This document shows positions 34,257 to 37,413 of a stretch of DNA of 37,413 nucleotides, one piece after another. How positions within the stretch are numbered: position 1 is the first letter of the stretch; each line of letters begins with the position of its first letter. The position numbers and the translations under genes were made by a program. Below the pieces are notes generated by a model. The model was given only the letters and a program-made list of their open reading frames with translations. It did not search any database and was not told where the DNA came from. Source of the DNA: an uncultured Bifidobacterium sp. (lineage in GTDB: Bacteria; Bacteroidota; Bacteroidia; NS11-12g; UBA955); the NCBI GenBank assembly GCA_964654675.1, contig CAZZKP010000002.1:1-37413 (forward strand), written 5' to 3'.

Positions 34257-35210
34257 ATGATAAAAAAGATTGTCATTTTTTGCATTACTACAGTGCTCAC
34301 GGGTTTCATTTCAGCCCAATGCAACGAGTTGTTTATCTCAGAATACGTAGAAGGTTCTCGGAATAACAAAGCCCTGGAAATTTATAATCCCACCGACAAG
34401 CCCGTGGAGTTGTCTCAGTATCGCATAACGCGTTGGCAAAATGGTTCTGCCGCTTGGACAGCCCAAATGTCGGACGCCCTGTCGGGTACGCTTCAGCCCA
34501 AAGATGTCGTTGTGATTGTCCTCGATCGCCGCGATACTACAAAAATTGGCCAAGATACCCCTGTGGTGCTCTCTTTGCGTTTGAAAGCCGATCTTTTCTT
34601 GAGTAAGGATTACAATACCAGTTTCAGTATGAGCTTTAATGGGGATGATGCCATGAGTTTGGATAAGTTGAATACCACCACCAGTAAATATGTTCCTGTA
34701 GATATTTTTGGAAAAATAGGTGAGCGTCCGAGTCCTGCTTGGAGCGACAAACCACCATACACGGGGACTGGCACATGGTATACCTTGGACAAAACCCTCA
34801 TTCGTAAAGATAGTGTGATGTCTGGCGTGACAAAGAATCCTTTGGAATTTAATCCAACATTGGAATGGGAATTGAATCCCCGTGATCAGTTTGATTCTTT
34901 GGGTTTTCACAAGTGTTTGTGTGAAAAAACTGCCTCTACCAAAGCAATGCAAAGCCACAAAGTTGTATTGTTCCCCAACCCAACCCAGAACGCGAACAAC
35001 GGCATCGTTACGGCCATTACTGATTTTGTGCCAGTTGCAATGATTTGCAAAAATATTCAAGGCGCTGATGTGGCCCTTACTTATTCAATCAACACATCAT
35101 CCATGATGGTTCAAACCCAAATTGCGACCGCAGAATTGGCGGCAGGGGTTTATACGTTGGAATTCATTTCTGCGAGCGGAGAGCGTGTTTCAATCAGATT
35201 GATCAAATAA
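34257..35210 (+). CDS. Lamin-tail-domain (LTD) protein with a T9SS C-terminal sorting domain and no nuclease domain
   Basis: The N-terminal CNELFISEYVEGSRNNKALEIYNPT...VELSQYRI is the LTD signature seen at the N-terminus of ExeM/NucH-type extracellular nucleases. The C-terminus (VLFPNPTQN...GVYTLEFIS...IRLIK) is a type A T9SS CTD. Confidence 0.78.
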   Translation: MIKKIVIFCITTVLTGFISAQCNELFISEYVEGSRNNKALEIYNPTDKPVELSQYRITRWQNGSAAWTAQMSDALSGTLQPKDVVVIVLDRRDTTKIGQDTPVVLSLRLKADLFLSKDYNTSFSMSFNGDDAMSLDKLNTTTSKYVPVDIFGKIGERPSPAWSDKPPYTGTGTWYTLDKTLIRKDSVMSGVTKNPLEFNPTLEWELNPRDQFDSLGFHKCLCEKTASTKAMQSHKVVLFPNPTQNANNGIVTAITDFVPVAMICKNIQGADVALTYSINTSSMMVQTQIATAELAAGVYTLEFISASGERVSIRLIK

Positions 35211-37413
35211 TGCGCAAAGGATTCTTACTGTTTTTTGTTCTTTTGGCGATGGGTAGCCTACGTGCCCAAGTGACCGTAAAAGGTCGTGCCGTGGATGCAA
35301 TCAGTGGAGAATTATTGGAGAATGTACTCATTTCTACGCGAAATCAATTGGCTCAAACTGCCAAAGACGGCACGTTTAGTTTGGTTCTTCCGATGGGCGA
35401 GTATTTGTTGGTGGCCAAGTTGGATGGGTACGACAGTGATTCTGTTTTTATTCAGGCCGATCGAAATCTGATCACAGACATCAATTTTAAATTGGAAAAT
35501 TTGAGCGCCAGCATGCAGGCGGTTCAAATTACCACGTCCATTGCCAAGAATCGAAAAACGCCAGTCGCCTATTCCAATGTGACCGGAAAAGACATCTCAG
35601 AGCGTTTGGGAAGTCAAGATTTGCCTTTGTTACTAAACCAAATGCCGGGTGTTTATGCCACTTCACAAGGAGGTGGTGCGGGGGATGCTCGAATTAGTAT
35701 TCGTGGTTTCAGTCAGCGAAATATCGCTGTGATGGTGGATGGAATTCCAGTGAACGACATGGAAAACGGTCAGGTGTATTGGAGCAATTGGTTTGGTTTG
35801 GGCAGTGTTACGGCGTTAACGCAAGTGCAGCGGGGTTTGGGTTCGAGCAGAATCGCCAATCCGGCGGTGGGTGGAACCATGAATATCATCACCAAAGGAC
35901 TTTCACAACAAGCAAAGTTGGAGGCCAATGTAGAGTTTGGGGATTCCAAATACGAGCAGTTTGGTGTGAATTATAGCAGTGGCAGATTGAAGGGTGATTG
36001 GGGTGTTATGATGAGTTTGACCAAACGTCAGAGTGCGGGTTACGTGGATTATCTCTTTGATGACATGTATTCCTATTTTGGCAAGGTTGAAAAGCAATGG
36101 AAAACCAAATCGCATGGTTCGCATACGTTGAGTATTGCTGTGATGGGCGCACCTCAAAGTCATGGACAGCGCAGCTACAGAGCACGTTTGAGTATGTACG
36201 ATAAGGCGTTGGCTGAGAAATTGGGTGTGGATACTGTTTTGCCAAGAATGGCATACAATCAAGGGCGCAAATACAATCAGCATTGGGGGAATCTCAATCA
36301 GGCGAAAGTGAGCGACGACAAAACCGATACGATTTGGGGCAGGTCTCAAGTAGTGAACGAGCGGGTTAATATGTTCCACAAACCCCAAATGTATATCAAA
36401 CACGATTGGGCTTTATCGAAGAAAACCTTAATCACATCTACCGTGTACGCGTCTTATGGCAGAGGCGGTGGTGTGAGTTCAAATAGCAGCCTGAAGATTC
36501 CCCAGATACCCCAGAATTATGGTCAGTTCGATTTTCAAAGCACCTATTTTTTGAATACATCGGGCAGCGATTTTACTTCGCCAATTGATCCGAAATATTC
36601 ACTCACAGAGAACAAATCCACGGGGATTTTGCAACGCGCGGTCAACAATCACAATTGGTATGGTTTGTTGAGTACGATGCAGCACAAAATCAACAATGAC
36701 TGGTCATTTACGGGGGGCATTGATTTGCGCACGTACCATGGACGGCATTACCGCGAGGGGTATGATTTGTTGGGTGGCGACTATTTTATCCCATCGCAGG
36801 CGGAGAAAAATCCGAATTATGATGCCAAACATATGTATCGAGCGGGTGATGTATTTGGCTACAACAACGATGGTTTGGTTCGATGGGCGGGTGCCTTTGG
36901 TGAAATTGAGTATAGCAAGAATCGAACAACGTGGTTTTTGAATGCGAGTGCCTCAAATACATGGTTAAAACGCATCGATTATTTTAAGTTGGACCAGAAC
37001 AAGAACTACGGTCAACCCACGGATTGGGTGCAGCGCAAAGGCGTGACCTTGAAAACGGGATTGAATCACAACATTTCCAGAAAGTTCAATCTTTTTGGGA
37101 ATGTGGGATATTTGAATCGTCCTACGCGGTTTAGCAATGTATTCGACAATCGGAATGTGGTTGTGAAAGACATTCGCAATGAAAAAGTATATGCTTTGGA
37201 AGGCGGATCAGGATACAAATCAAAGCGATTGGCCTTGAATTTTAATGCGTATTACACGCTTTGGAAAAACAAACCGGTAGATTTCCTTTCTACATTCAAG
37301 GATTTGGACGGAAACAATTACAGTTTCAATATCAATGGATTGGGGGCAAGGCACATGGGTGCGGAGCTTCAAGCTTCTTTCAAGGCTGGGGAGGGAATTA
37401 CCTTGGAAGGCGG
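35210..37413 (+). CDS. TonB-dependent receptor with a carboxypeptidase-regulatory-like domain (partial, runs off the right edge)
   Basis: This ORF is absent from the track because it has no stop in the window. My translation gives MRKGFLLFFVLLAMGSLRAQ, VKGRAVDAISGELLENVLI and the plug ARISIRGFSQRNIAVMVDGIPVNDMENG. I translated from the ATG at 35210 through the plug region (~35900) and again from 36401 to 37413, and both stretches are open; the track also lists no stop-bounded ORF in this frame. The ATG overlaps the upstream TAA as TAATG. Confidence 0.9.
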   Translation, partial: MRKGFLLFFVLLAMGSLRAQVTVKGRAVDAISGELLENVLISTRNQLAQTAKDGTFSLVLPMGEYLLVAKLDGYDSDSVFIQADRNLITDINFKLENLSASMQAVQITTSIAKNRKTPVAYSNVTGKDISERLGSQDLPLLLNQMPGVYATSQGGGAGDARISIRGFSQRNIAVMVDGIPVNDMENGQVYWSNWFGLGSVTALTQVQRGLGSSRIANPAVGGTMNIITKGLSQQAKLEANVEFGDSKYEQFGVNYSSGRLKGDWGVMMSLTKRQSAGYVDYLFDDMYSYFGKVEKQWKTKSHGSHTLSIAVMGAPQSHGQRSYRARLSMYDKALAEKLGVDTVLPRMAYNQGRKYNQHWGNLNQAKVSDDKTDTIWGRSQVVNERVNMFHKPQMYIKHDWALSKKTLITSTVYASYGRGGGVSSNSSLKIPQIPQNYGQFDFQSTYFLNTSGSDFTSPIDPKYSLTENKSTGILQRAVNNHNWYGLLSTMQHKINNDWSFTGGIDLRTYHGRHYREGYDLLGGDYFIPSQAEKNPNYDAKHMYRAGDVFGYNNDGLVRWAGAFGEIEYSKNRTTWFLNASASNTWLKRIDYFKLDQNKNYGQPTDWVQRKGVTLKTGLNHNISRKFNLFGNVGYLNRPTRFSNVFDNRNVVVKDIRNEKVYALEGGSGYKSKRLALNFNAYYTLWKNKPVDFLSTFKDLDGNNYSFNINGLGARHMGAELQASFKAGEGITLEG

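Noticed and set aside
34338-35060. 240-aa ORF antisense to the LTD gene. The same applies to the antisense ORFs at 8082-8636, 26577-27116, 2538-3050, 15881-16384 and 35903-36403.
   Set aside because: All are fully embedded opposite well-supported genes. Their composition is rich in Arg, His, Cys and Trp and does not look protein-like, and I recognised no motifs in them. They are treated as chance open frames.
1-37413. Search for CRISPR arrays, IS elements or transposases, integrases, phage genes, toxin-antitoxin pairs or known defence-system genes
   Set aside because: I found no spaced direct-repeat arrays, no terminal inverted repeats bracketing an ORF, and no ORF with recognisable motifs of recombinases, nucleases, or ATPases or reverse transcriptases of defence type.

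Overview
This is a densely coding, mostly housekeeping chromosomal segment that looks like Bacteroidota. The taxon markers are a T9SS C-terminal sorting domain, DUF1573 and DUF4249 family proteins, three TonB-dependent receptors (TBDTs) and TAnnTTTG-type -7 promoter boxes. I found no CRISPR array, rRNA, tRNA, transposase, integrase or recognisable defence gene. The core genes are rimP-nusA-infB, a cyclophilin PPIase, murQ, asd, a 2-oxoacid dehydrogenase E2, thyA, rluD, an M1 (LTA4H-like) aminopeptidase, an ACC-deaminase/D-Cys desulfhydrase family enzyme and a PaaE-like ferredoxin reductase. The clearest feature the ORF track does not explain is a textbook TPP (THI-box) riboswitch on the minus strand at 6909-6995, with its own -7 box, driving a monocistronic TBDT. 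Other non-ORF structure: a terminator-like hairpin in the rimP leader, a strong hairpin in the nusA-infB spacer, a clean intrinsic terminator after two DUF1573 genes that trail infB, and a perfect 34-bp GC-rich palindrome (NotI-PstI-NotI) inside a signal-peptide coding region. The best candidates for uncharacterised biology are: (a) a divergent locus pairing a split, order-swapped UshA-like 5'-nucleotidase with a nuclease-less lamin-tail-domain T9SS surface protein translationally coupled to a TBDT, possibly for extracellular DNA or nucleotide scavenging; (b) a GH3-family adenylating enzyme abutting murQ; (c) three DUF1573 genes downstream of infB; and (d) an AT-rich cluster of small exported ORFans at the left end. 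All functional calls come from motif recognition by eye, with no database search run. I do not see a convincing, self-contained novel system, and the hypotheses below should be read as leads only.
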